Made by a program: the position numbers and the translations under genes | NCBI RefSeq assembly: GCF_004010195.1 | Contig: NC_057754.1 | Span: 279,012-308,593, forward strand | Reading direction: 5' to 3' | Origin: Chiloscyllium plagiosum | Lineage: Eukaryota | Length of the DNA stretch: 29,582 nucleotides | Shown: positions 10,491 to 20,848 of the stretch, one piece after another | Layout of the letters: the number at the start of each line of letters is the position of its first letter | Position numbering within the stretch: the stretch's first letter is position 1 | Notes under the pieces: generated by a model | What the model was told of the DNA's origin: nothing | What the model saw: the letters and a program-made list of their open reading frames with translations, nothing else | Database searches by the model: none

Positions 10491-10583
10491 GCTGAAAATG
10501 TGTTGCTGGAAAAGCACAGCAGGCCAGGTAGCATCCAAGGAACAGGAGAATCGACGTTTCGGGCATGAGCCCTTCTTCAGAAA
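10491..10583 (-). mobile_element. 93-bp Penelope-terminus mini-insert with perfect 16-bp TSD
   Basis: GCTATGCTAGATTGTC at 10475-10490 and 10584-10599. The insert is nearly identical to 29495-29579. Confidence 0.9.
10553..10580 (-). ncRNA. Minimal hammerhead ribozyme core (Penelope-type, short palindromic stem III)
   Basis: Minus strand CUGAAGA-A-GGGC(UCAU)GCCC-GAA-ACGU-C: all core residues present. The native 5' strand of stem I was lost at the insertion junction. Confidence 0.65.
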
Positions 10584-10829
10584 GCTATGCTAGATTGTCT
10601 CAGTGTTCAGGGATGTGTAGGTTAGGGGTAAATGTAGAGTAATGGGGAATGGCTTTAGGTAGGATACTCTTTGGAAGGTCGGTATGGACTTGCGGGCCGA
10701 AGGGCCTGCTTCCATGCTGTAAGGGATTCTAATTCTAAAGAAACATACAGTAAATTTTTAAAGCAGTCCCGACTGCAGTCACAACTAATCAGGAAGTTAC
10801 TATGGGAAATAGACTAACAACAAGCAGAC

Positions 10830-11280
10830 AGCACAGACAATACTGAGAAACTGGAAGTGTCAAACCGAGGGACACAGTTTTAAGATAACCAATAAGAGAG
10901 CCATTAATAAAAGCATAGTAAGAATTACAGTGATCTGGAACATTCTGCCTGAAAGGGCAGCTGCAGCAGATTCAACAACTTCCATAATGAAATTGGTAAA
11001 ATACTTAAAGAGAAAAGATTTACCAAATTAGAGGAAAGGAAAAGGATAAATTTGAAAGTAAATTCAACCTGAACGAACAGGTTTGTTACGAAGAAATTCA
11101 GTGTGGGCATGAAAAGAACTGCTAACAGAACACATTCTGGGAGGGACCAGTATGATTCCATAAAACAACATTGTCAACAACAGCCAAGAACTCAAAGCAA
11201 ACCCCCAAGAAACACAGGAGAGAAAAGTAGGGCAGTGGACAAAGTGAATTCCAACAATGGTTGAAAGAATGCCAGCCAGG
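10830..11280 (+). mobile_element. Ancient CR1 3' end fragments
   Basis: GAGGGACACAGTTTTAAGATA (GHSFKI), ATCTGGAACATTCTGCCTGAAAGG (IWNILPER), GAAATTGGTAAAATACTTAAAG. Confidence 0.6.
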
Positions 11281-11756
11281 GGAGTCATTTTTAGTGCACC
11301 CAGTTTATTGTCAGGAGGGTAGCACTAAGCAAGCAGGGGCAGTTTAATCCATTCTCGAAGTAAGAAAAAGTACAAAGCAAAACATACTATACACTGAGTC
11401 TACCAGCAGATGCATTGATTTACTGTTAGGCTAGAAGCATGTACATAATCTTGTGCAACAACGTGAACCAGGAAGTGGGTTATTATTTTCAGTCAGGGCC
11501 TGACAAGACACATTTCAACACTGCTCCCTCCCATTGCTTGCCTCCACTTGACCTCCAGGGAAAACTGGAATGGACTCTCAGTCCCCACAGGACTATTCTC
11601 ATCCTGCTGGTTAACCCTGTATGACAAGTTCCTTGGTGCTATTTCAGCAAAAGGTGTTGAAATGAGCAATAAAAGTTCACTTCTCACAAACCAGTTATTA
11701 TCTGGGTTCTCTAAAATAATGTACAGGAAGTTGACACAGTGTGAGTACAGAAAAAA

Positions 11757-12158
11757 AACATGCATTTATACAATGTCGCTCATGAGCACGGGACATCTCA
11801 AAGCACTTCATTTGCTGTCAAGTTACAAATGTCCAGTCACCAGTAAAACATAGAAACCAAAGCAGCCAATTTAGACAAAGCAAGTTCCTACAAACAAGTG
11901 GATAATGACAGGTCATCAGCTTTTGTGAGGGACAATGAAAGACAAATATCAGCCCGACCACCAGTCAGAGCTCCACAGCCTTTCTTTCAAGATTACCAGA
12001 GGATTGCTTACATTCACCTGACAGGACAGTCAGGGCTTCAGTTCAATGTCTCTCATATAGAGATGGCATCTCTGACACTATAGCGCTCCCTCAATACTAC
12101 ACTGGAGTGTTAAGGGTTGGGATTTGAATCTAGAGGGGAACGTGCAATAACTGACTCA
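11757..12158 (-). mobile_element. Near full-length decayed DeuSINE (SacSINE1/AmnSINE1-like)
   Basis: Reverse complement has a head remnant, ACACTCCAGTGTAGTATTGAGGGAGCGCTATAGTGTCAGAGATGCC, TTGTTTGTAGGAACTTGCTTTGTCTAAATTGGCTGC, and tail AGTGCTTTGAGATGTCC...GTATAAATGCATG. Confidence 0.75.
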
Positions 12159-12519
12159 TATTAAAGACCTAAAAACAGTCAGGGATAATCCATAAAACAG
12201 CCAGTGACTGCTGACCTACACACTCTTACTCACTCTGACACCTAACCAATACCATTTAACCAATTTGCACTCTTTCCTTTTAAAGGGACAGCCTCATTCT
12301 TCAGTGCAATATAGATGACAGGTGCCCCAACTAAACCGCTATCTCTTCCAGAAAGACAGCAAAGTCTTGCCCCAGAGGCACGATGATCACATGTAAAACA
12401 GGTATCTCCCTGCAGTATACTGCTGTATCCTCCCTCCACACCAGATATCAACCACATTACTGGCAGAACTGCTGTCTCTGATGGGAATGACAATCAAAGA
12501 ATGATAATCAAACTTCACT

Positions 12520-12685
12520 GTGCATTCTTTAAGGTCGATGCAAATAAAGTCTTGATTAACAACTGAGTCAAAGATTATCAGGGTTAGGCAGTAATGTGAA
12601 ATAGTCCAATCAGCCATGAACTTAACAAATAGCAGACAGGCTCAAGGAGTTAAGGGTCCAATTCCTGCTCTTAATTCATACATTT
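12520..12685 (+). mobile_element. CR1 3'UTR remnant
   Basis: ATCAGCCATGAACTT...CAGGCTCAAGGAGTTAAGGGTCCAATTCCTGCTCTTAATTC, similar to the CR1 tails at 16994-17060 and 4590-4670. Confidence 0.6.
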
Positions 12686-13107
12686 CTCTCGCCTCGGATT
12701 CTGCCTTGCTGAGCGTCGAGCAGTAATGAGTGCTAATCGCCTCGGCTTGCTGCCTGAAACTGGTGAACATTTAGGGAAAATGGATTTTGGGCTACTGGCA
12801 TCGAGTGGGGAAATAAGACTGACCAGATTGTTGGACAGATAACTAGGACATACTCAATAGGTCAAACTGCCTTCACCTGTGCCAAAATGACTCAAAGATC
12901 TGTGAATTATGAACCAATAAAACAACAGAAGACAGGGAGCAAGGTAAGTTTAGTTTTTAAATCCAGGTTAACAACAAAAACTTTTAGCAATGAGCAAAGT
13001 GCGGAAATGAATCTCTAAATACAATAAAGTCTCAGTCTATCCTGGGGTTGTGGAGCTCAGGCAATGTAGCAGCTGGGAAAGGATGCTTCATGTACATAGT
13101 GGCATCA

Positions 13108-13259
13108 ACCAAAATGGAAATTGCTGAAGAAACTCAGCTAGTCTAGCAACATCTTCAGTTCTGAAGGAGGATCACTGGACTCAAAACAGTAACTCTGCTT
13201 TTTCTCCACAGATGCTGCCAGACCTGCTGAGTTCCTCCAGCAATTTCTGTTTTTGTTTG
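13108..13259 (+). mobile_element. Partly palindromic Penelope-terminus mini-element (second subfamily) with decayed hammerhead
   Basis: Inverted arms GAAATTGCTGAAGAAACTCAGC / GCTGAGTTCCTCCAGCAATTTC. AGTT-CTGAAGGA-GGATC(ACTG)GACTC-AAAACAGT-AACT at 13157-13194 keeps stem I (AGTT/AACT) but has a mutated core. Confidence 0.7.
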
Positions 13260-14274
13260 AGAGAGAATGTAAGTTTAGGCAGACAAAAGGATGGTTGATA
13301 GTAAGCCAGGAAAGAAGAAAAACTGAATGGTAATAAGTAGGCGAAAGTGTGTTGGCTAGAGAAGACAGCACAAGCCTCAGCAACTGCCTAACAGGTTTGA
13401 GGTTCTTTCTGCTTATTTGATTGGAAGCGGAGGCTGCAGGGTGAATTAGCCATCAAACTCTGGTATCATGGTACAGGAAGTCATTCAAGTGGGGCGAGCA
13501 AAAGTGTGTTAGTATGTAACAACATGGTCAGAGGGGTTGACACTATTCTTTACAGAAAACAGCAAGTCCAGACAGTTACGTTGCCTACCCAGTGCTTGGG
13601 GTTCAGACCATCTGCTCAGGGCTGGGGACAAATCTGCAGTGGGAGGGAGAGGACCATGGTGTTGTAGTCACTGTAGGCATCAAAGACATGTGGAGAACAG
13701 AGGAGGTGCTTTTGAATAGTCAGTATGTGGCACCAAATGAAGAACAACCAAAAAGGTCATAATGTCCCGAATATTACCTGAGCCAGAAACAAATTGATTT
13801 AGGGATGATCAGATTGGAGAGATTAATGCAAGGTTTAAAGACTGGAGTCGAAGCATCCAGCTCATGAGAACCGGAACCAGTACTGAGCAAACTGGAATCT
13901 GGTACCAATGGGACGGTCTCCACTTGAACCATGCTGGGGTCAGTTTTCTTGTGAGCCAAGTAACTCAGGTAGTAGAACTAAACCAAACAGTGAGTGCAAG
14001 GGATCAAATTTGGGAAGTGCAGTAAATCAAAGAGTAGTGACAAGGCACAACAGCAAGGTATTAATATGGGAAATAATTAACAGACCATGACAGGAAGGGA
14101 AAGCAAATACAAAATCTACCAGTAAATCAACAGAGAAGGCAAGAGGTTATAGAAAGAATAACAAAAAGAAAACTAAAATCTCTCTACCTGAAGACATTTA
14201 ACATTTGAAATAAAACATGAACTGAGAGCACAAACAGAAATGAGCAAGTACACTTTGGTAACCATGACAGAGAC

Positions 14275-14807
14275 AGTCATACAGTCAAAGAATTCTGTCC
14301 AACAAGTCCATACTGACCATAATCCCAAACTAAACTAGTCCCACCTATCTGCTGCTGGCCCATATCCCTCCAAAATATTTTTTATTCATGTACTTATCTA
14401 AATGCCTTTCAAATGTTGTGACTGCACCTGCATCCACCAATTTTTTTGGAAATGCATTCCACATACGAACCACTCTGTGCAAAAAGACAAACTACCTTCA
14501 TACCTTTTGCAAAAACTTTGTCCTCTCACCTTAAAGGTGTGTCCCCTGATCTTGAAATCGCACATCCTAAGGAAATGACACCTGCCATTCACCTTATCTA
14601 TACTTCTCATGATTTTATAAACCTCTACCAACCTCCTACATTCCAGTGAAGAGTCCCAGCCTCTCCTTATAAATCAAACCTTCATTCCCAGCAACATCCT
14701 GGTAAATCTCTTCTGAATCCTCTCTCGCTTAATAATATCCTTACTATAAAAGGACGATCAGACTGGACATAATACTCCAGAAGAGGCCTCACCAACATCC
14801 TCTATAA
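14275..14807 (-). mobile_element. CR1 3' fragment inserted antisense into the old CR1
   Basis: ORF 14398-14631 VEVYKIMRSIDKVN...RGHTFKVRG; tail (CAGTCATA)n in reverse; AGAC duplicated at 14271-14274 and 14808-14811. Confidence 0.85.
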
Positions 14808-15317
14808 AGACGTGGCTATAACATGACATGAATTGGGATCTGAATACTGTAGAATATGGAATATTTTGGAAGGAGAAGAAGCTAGCGTAAGGTGGAGTGA
14901 TGGCTTTGTTAGTTAGTGATATTAGCACAATAGGAGTCCAAGTTTAACAAACCAGGATGTGGAAATGGTTCGAGTTGAGATAAGATAAAGACAAGAAGTC
15001 ACTCGTGGGAGTGGTATACAGGCCCCTGACAATAACCATATGGTAAAGTGGAGCCTAAAGGAAGAAATAATGGGAACCTTTCATGAAGGCACAAGAATTA
15101 TAGGAGAATTTATATACAGATTTAAAAATTCAAATGTGCAAAGGGTAAGATGAGGAGTGCATAGAATGCTTTCAGGATAGTTTTTAGAACCACAAGTTCT
15201 GGAGTCCACCAGGAAGCAAGCTATTATAGACCCATTGTTATACAACAAGATACGATTACTTAATGTCAGGATTAATTAATTGAGAACACAAACAATATTC
15301 CAGAATTAACTATATAT

Positions 15318-17073
15318 CAGGGTGTGAAAGGGGAGAAAGGGAGGGAAGTTAAGAAACATATAAAGTTAAAAGAGAAAAAATATAACATAGCAAAGATAAG
15401 TGGGAAAACTGAGGACTGGGAGGTTTTAAAAGAGCAACAGAGGATTACTAAGAAGGAAATACGCAGAGGAAAAATGAGGTACGAAGGTAAACTGGCCAAT
15501 AATATTAAGGAGGATAGTAAAAGCTTTTTTAGGTATGTGCAAGGCAAAAAAATGGTTAGGACAAAAATTGGGCCCTTGAAGACAGAAACAGGGGAATATA
15601 TTACTAGGAACAAAGAAATGGCAGAGGAATTAAATGGGTACTTCAGATCTGTGTTCACTGGGGAAGACACAAGCAATCTCCCTGAGGTAACAGTGACTGA
15701 AGGACCTGAACTTAAGGGAATCTATATTTGCCAGGATTTGGTGTTGGAGAAACTGTTAGGTCTGAAGGTTGATAAGCCTCCGGGGCCTGATGGTCTGCAT
15801 CCCAGGATACTGAAGGAGGTGGCTCGGGAAATCGTGGATGATTATTTGGTGATTATTTTCCAGAGTTCAATAGATTCCGGGTCGGTTCCCGAGGATTGGA
15901 GGGTGGCTAATGTTATAACCTGGACTTTCAGAAATCTTTTGATAAAGTCCCACACAGGTGGTTAGTGAGTAAAATTAGGGTGCATGGTATTGGGGGCAAA
16001 GTACTAGATTGGATTGAAAATTGGTTGGCTGATAGGAAACAAAGGGTAGTTATAAACGGCTCCATTTCGGAATGGCAGGCCGTGACCAGTGGGGTACCGC
16101 AGGGATCTGAGCTGGGACCGCAGCTTTTTACAATATATGTTAATGATATAGAAGATGGTATTAGTAATAACATTAGCAAATTTGCTGATGATACAAAGCT
16201 GGGTGGCAGGGTGAAATGTGATGAGGATGTTAGGAGATTACAGGGTGACCTGGACAAGTTAGGTGAGTGGGCAGATGCATGGCAGATGCAATTTAATGTA
16301 GATAAATGTATGGTTATCCACTTTGATGGCAAGAACAGGAAGGCAATTTACTAACTCAATGGAATCAATTTAGGTAAAGGGGCAATACAGAGAGATCTGG
16401 GTGTTCTTGTATACCAGTCAATGAAGGCAAGCATGCAGGTCTTCATAACAAGAGGAATTGAGTAGAGAAGCAAAGAGGTGCTTCTGCAGCTGTACAGGGC
16501 CCTGGTGAGACCACACCTGGAGTAGTGTGTGCAGTTCTGGTCTCCAAATTTGAGGAAAGACATTCTGGCTATTGAGGGAGTGCAGTGTAGGTTCACGAGG
16601 TCAATTCCTAGAATGGCGGGATTACCTTACACTGAAAGACTGAAGCGACTGGGCTTGTATACCCTTGAGTTTAGAAGACTGAGAGGGGATCTGATTGAGA
16701 CATATAAGATTATGAAAGGATTGGATACTCTGGCAGCAGGAAACATGTTTCCGCTGATGGGGGAGTGCCGAACCAGAGGACACAGCTTAAAAATATAGGG
16801 TAGACCATTTAGAACTCAGATGAGGAGAAGCTTCATCACCCAGAGAGTGGTGGCTGTGTGGAATGCTCTGCCCCAGAGGGCAGTGGAGGCCCAGTCTCTG
16901 GATTCATTTAAGAAAGAGTTGAATAGAGCTCTCAAGGATAGTGGAATCAAGGGTTATGGGGATAAGGCAGGAACAGAATACTGATTAGGAATGATCAGCC
17001 ATGATCATATTGAATGGCGGTGCAGGCTCGAAGGGCTGAATGGCCTACTCCTGCACCTATTGTCTATTGTCTA
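15318..17073 (+). mobile_element. Younger 5'-truncated CR1 LINE (ORF2 RT pseudogene + 3'UTR)
   Basis: ORFs 15324-15965, 15965-16354 (SGVPQGS, KFADDTK) and 16529-16798; internal deletions at about 15917 and 16440; tail (CTATTGT)n. Confidence 0.93.
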
Positions 17074-18012
17074 AGATCTTGTAAAGCTGCAGGCTCAAGC
17101 CCTGACAGACTATACCCCAAGGTCTTAAAGGAAGTGACAAATGAGAAAGCTATTGCATTGGTTTTAATTTTCCAAAATTTCCTGGATTTGGGAATGTCAC
17201 ATCAGTTTGTAAGAAAGCAAACTTAATTACTCTGTTCAAAAAGGGAGACAGAAAGCACAATATCACAGGGAAGATGTTCGAAGCTATTATGAAATAATTA
17301 TGAGATGAAAAATAAAGGAAAAGTTCAAGGTAATCAGGCACAGTCAACATGATTCTGGAACAAGGAAATCTTGTTTAACCAACCTACTGCAGTTTTTGAG
17401 GAAGTAATGTGTGCTCTGGATGGGGGTGGGGGGGAAAAAGAAGAATCAGTATGTCATTTAATACAGATCCACAAATGATATTGTGGAAAATAAAAGCACA
17501 TGCTGTAGAAGGTAACCCCATTTTTGTATGGATAAAAATTTGACCTGTGAACAGGAAGCAGACAGCAAGCATATATGGGTCATTTTCAGTTTGGTAAGAT
17601 GCAACAAGTGATGTCCCACAGGATGGTTATGGAGCTTCTGCATTCTTACCATTTACATAAATGACTTAGATGAAGGGCAGAAGGAATTTGATGAGGTAAA
17701 GATTGGGAGGAAAATACACCATAAGGAGGACAGAAAGAGTTTACAAAAAGACACAGATAGGTAAGTGAATGGACAAGATTTGAGAAATGGAGTACAATAT
17801 GGTTGAATGTGTAAGTGCCCATTTTGACAACAAGAATAAAAGTACATTATTTAAATGAAGAGAGATTGCAGATTTCAGAGATACAGAAGAGGAAGGCTAT
17901 TCTTCAGTCATACAGGGTACTGGTGAAACAGAGTCTGGACTACCATGAACTGTATTGGTCTAAGAGAGAATGTATAAATATTTTGGAGGCAGCTCAGAGA
18001 AGGTTTACCATA

Positions 18013-20848
18013 GGTTGAGAGTAGGGAGGTCCGAAATCAAGTTTCAGGGACACAAGATGGCACCGGCAAGCACTTGGTTTGAAGTGTGTCTACTTCAACA
18101 CCAGGAACATTAAAATAAGGTGGGTGAATTTGCAGCATGGGTTGGTACCTGGGACTTCGATGTTGTGGCCATTTCGCAGACATGGATAGAGCAGGGACAG
18201 GAATGGTTGTTGCAAGTTCCAGGATTTAGATGTTTAGTAAGAACAGAGAAGATGGCAAAAGTGGGGGAGGTGTGGCATTGTTGGTCAAGGACAGTATTAC
18301 AGTTGCAGAAAGGATGTTTAGGGTCTTGTCAACTGAGGTAGTATGGGCCGAGGTTAGAAACAGAAAAGGAGAGGTCACCCTGTTGGGAGTTTTCTATCGG
18401 CCTCCGAATAGCTCCAGAGATGTACAGGGAAAGGATAGCAAAGATGATTCTCGATAGGAGTGAGAGAGACAGGGTAGTTGTCATGGGGGACTTCAACTTT
18501 CCAAATATTGACTGGGAACACTACAGTACAAGTACTATAGATGGGTCAGTTTTTGTCCAGTGTGTGCAGGAGAGCTGCCTGCCCCTTGTTGGCCAGAATG
18601 TAGACTGGCCAACAAGGGGCGAAGCCACATTAGATTTGGTACTGGGTAATGAGCCTGGCCAGGTGTTAGACTTGGAAGTAGGTGAGCACTTTGGTGATAG
18701 CGATCACAATTCTGTTATGTTTACTTTAGTGATAGAAAGGGATAGGTGTATACCACTGGGCAAGAGTTCCAGCTGGGGGAAAGGCAATCATCATGCAATT
18801 AGGCAAGATTTAGGAAACATAGGATGGGGAAGGAAACTGCAGGAGTTGGGCACATTAGAAATGTGGAGCTTATTCAAGGAAAAGCTCCTGTGTGTCCTCG
18901 ATTAGTATGTACCTGTCAGGCAGGGAGGAAGCTGTACAGCGCCGTGGTTTACGAAGGAAGTGGAATCTCTGGTCAAGAGGAAGGCGGCGGCTTATGTTAG
19001 GATGAGATGTGAAGGCTCAGTTAGGGCGCTTGAGGGTTACAAGGTAGCCAGGAAAGACCTAAAGAGAGGGCTCAGAAGAGCCAAGAGGAAACATGAGAAG
19101 TTGTTGGTGGATAGGATCAGGGTAAACCCTAAGGCTTTCTATAGGTATTTAAGGAATAAAAGAATGATGAGAGTAAGATTAGGGCCAATCAAGGATAGTA
19201 GTGGGAAGTTGTGTGTGGAGTCAGAGGAGATAGGGGAAGCACGAAATGAATATTTTTCGACAGTATTCACTCTAGAAAACGACAATGTTGTCGAAGAGAA
19301 TACTGAGATACAGGCTACTAGACTAGGTGGGATTGAGGTTCACAAGGAAGAGGTATTAGAAACCCTGCAGAGTGTAAAAATAGTCAAGTCCCTTGGGCCA
19401 GATGGGATTTATCCTAGGATCCTCTGGAAAGCCAGGGAGGAGATTGCCGAGCCTTTGGCATTGATCTTTAAATCATCATTGTCTACAGGAATAGTGCCAG
19501 AAGACTGGAGGATAGCAAATGTGGTTCCCCTGTTCAAGAAGGGGAGTAGAGACAACCCAGGTAATTATAGACCAGTGAGTCTTACTTCAGTTGTTGGCAA
19601 AGTGTTGGAAAAGGTTATAAGTGATAGGATTCATAATCACCTGGAAAAGAATAATTTGATTAGGGATAGTCAGCATGGTTTTGTAAAGGGTAAGTCGTGC
19701 CTCACAAACCTTATTGAGTTCTTTGAGAAGGTGACCAAACAGGTAGGTGAGAGTAAACCGGTTGATGTGGTGCATATGGATTTCAGCAAGGCGTTCAATA
19801 AGGTTCCCCACAATAGGCTATTGTACAAAATGCGGAAGAATGGAATTGTGGGAGATATGGCAGTTTGGATCAGTAATTGGCTTGCTGAAAGACGACAGAG
19901 GGTGGTGGTTGATGGGAAGTGTCTATCCTGGAGTCCAGTTACTAGTGGTGTACCGCAAGGGTCAGTGTTGGGTCCACTGCTGTTCGTCATTTTTATAAAT
20001 GACCTGGATGAGGGCGTAGAAGGGTGGGTTACTAAATTTGCAGACGACACTAAGGTCAGTGGAGTTGTGGATAGTGACGAAGGATGTTGTAGGTGATTCA
20101 CTTTGGTCGGAGTAACTGGAATGCAAAGTACTGGGCTAATGGTAAGATTCTTGGTAGTGTAGATGAGCAGAGAGATCTCGGTGTCCATGTACACAGATCC
20201 TTGAAAGTTGCCACCCAGGTTGACAGGGTTGTTAAGAAGGCATACAGTATTTTAGCTTTTATTAATAGAGGGATCAAGTTCCAGAACCATGAGGTTATGC
20301 TGCAGCTGTACAAAACTCTGGTGCGGCCGCACTTGGAGTATTGTGTACAGTTCTGGTCACCGCATTATAAGGAGGATGTGGAAGCTTTGGAAATGGTGCA
20401 GAGGAGATTTATCAGGACATTGCCTGGTATGGAGGGAAGGTCTTATGAGGAAAAGCTGAGGGACTTGAGGCTGTTTTCGTTAGAGAGAAGAAGGTTGACT
20501 TAATAGAGACATATAAGATAATCAGAGGGTTAGATAGGGTGGACAGGGAGAGCCTTTTACCAAATATAGTGACGGCGAGCACGAGGGGGCATAGCTTTAA
20601 ATTGAGGGGTGATAGATACAGGACAGATGTCAGAGGTAGTTTCTTTACTCAGAGTAGTAAGGGTATGGAATGCTTTGCCTGCAACGGTAGTAGAGTCGCC
20701 AACTTTAAGTACATTTAAGTCATTATTGGACAAGCATATGGACGTACATGGAAAAGTGTAGGTTTGATGGGCTTCAGATTGGTATGACAGGTCTGCAACA
20801 TTGAGGGCCGAAGGGCCTGTACTGCGCTGTGATGTTCTATGTTCTATA
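18013..20848 (+). mobile_element. Younger CR1 LINE with nearly complete ORF2 (APE endonuclease + RT), frameshifted
   Basis: GGGVALLVK, GVFYRPP, MGDFN, LDLVL, SDHN (EN); ORF 18960-20096 has [33 protein letters not shown] (RT); tail (ATGTTCT)n; ATA duplicated at 18010-18012 and 20846-20848. Confidence 0.95.
18960..20096 (+). pseudogene. CR1 reverse transcriptase domain (378-aa open stretch of a broken ORF2)
   Basis: Core RT motifs are present, but there is an upstream stop at 18903-18905 and a frameshifting deletion at about 20093. Confidence 0.9.

Larger units (their letters stand above)
10325..10737 (+). mobile_element. HE1-like V-SINE (5'-truncated), interrupted at 10491-10583
   Basis: GCCTCACAGCGCCAGGGACCCGAATTCGATTCC, V domain, tail GGGCCGAAGGGCCTGCTTCCATGCTGT...ATTCTAATTCTAA. 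Confidence 0.88.

Noticed and set aside
11493..11765. Minus-strand ORF with FN3-like look (APRNLSY...LEVKW)
   Set aside because: No convincing splice sites, a stop soon after, and the rest of the FN3 pattern is missing; likely chance.
12265..12405. Plus-strand polypyrimidine acceptor TTTCCTTTTAAAG
   Set aside because: All three frames hit stops within about 50 nt, before any strong donor.
15317..20313. Long minus-strand ORFs (15317-15676, 15928-16332, 19670-20194; also 29112-29537)
   Set aside because: Antisense shadows of CR1 ORF2, not independent genes.
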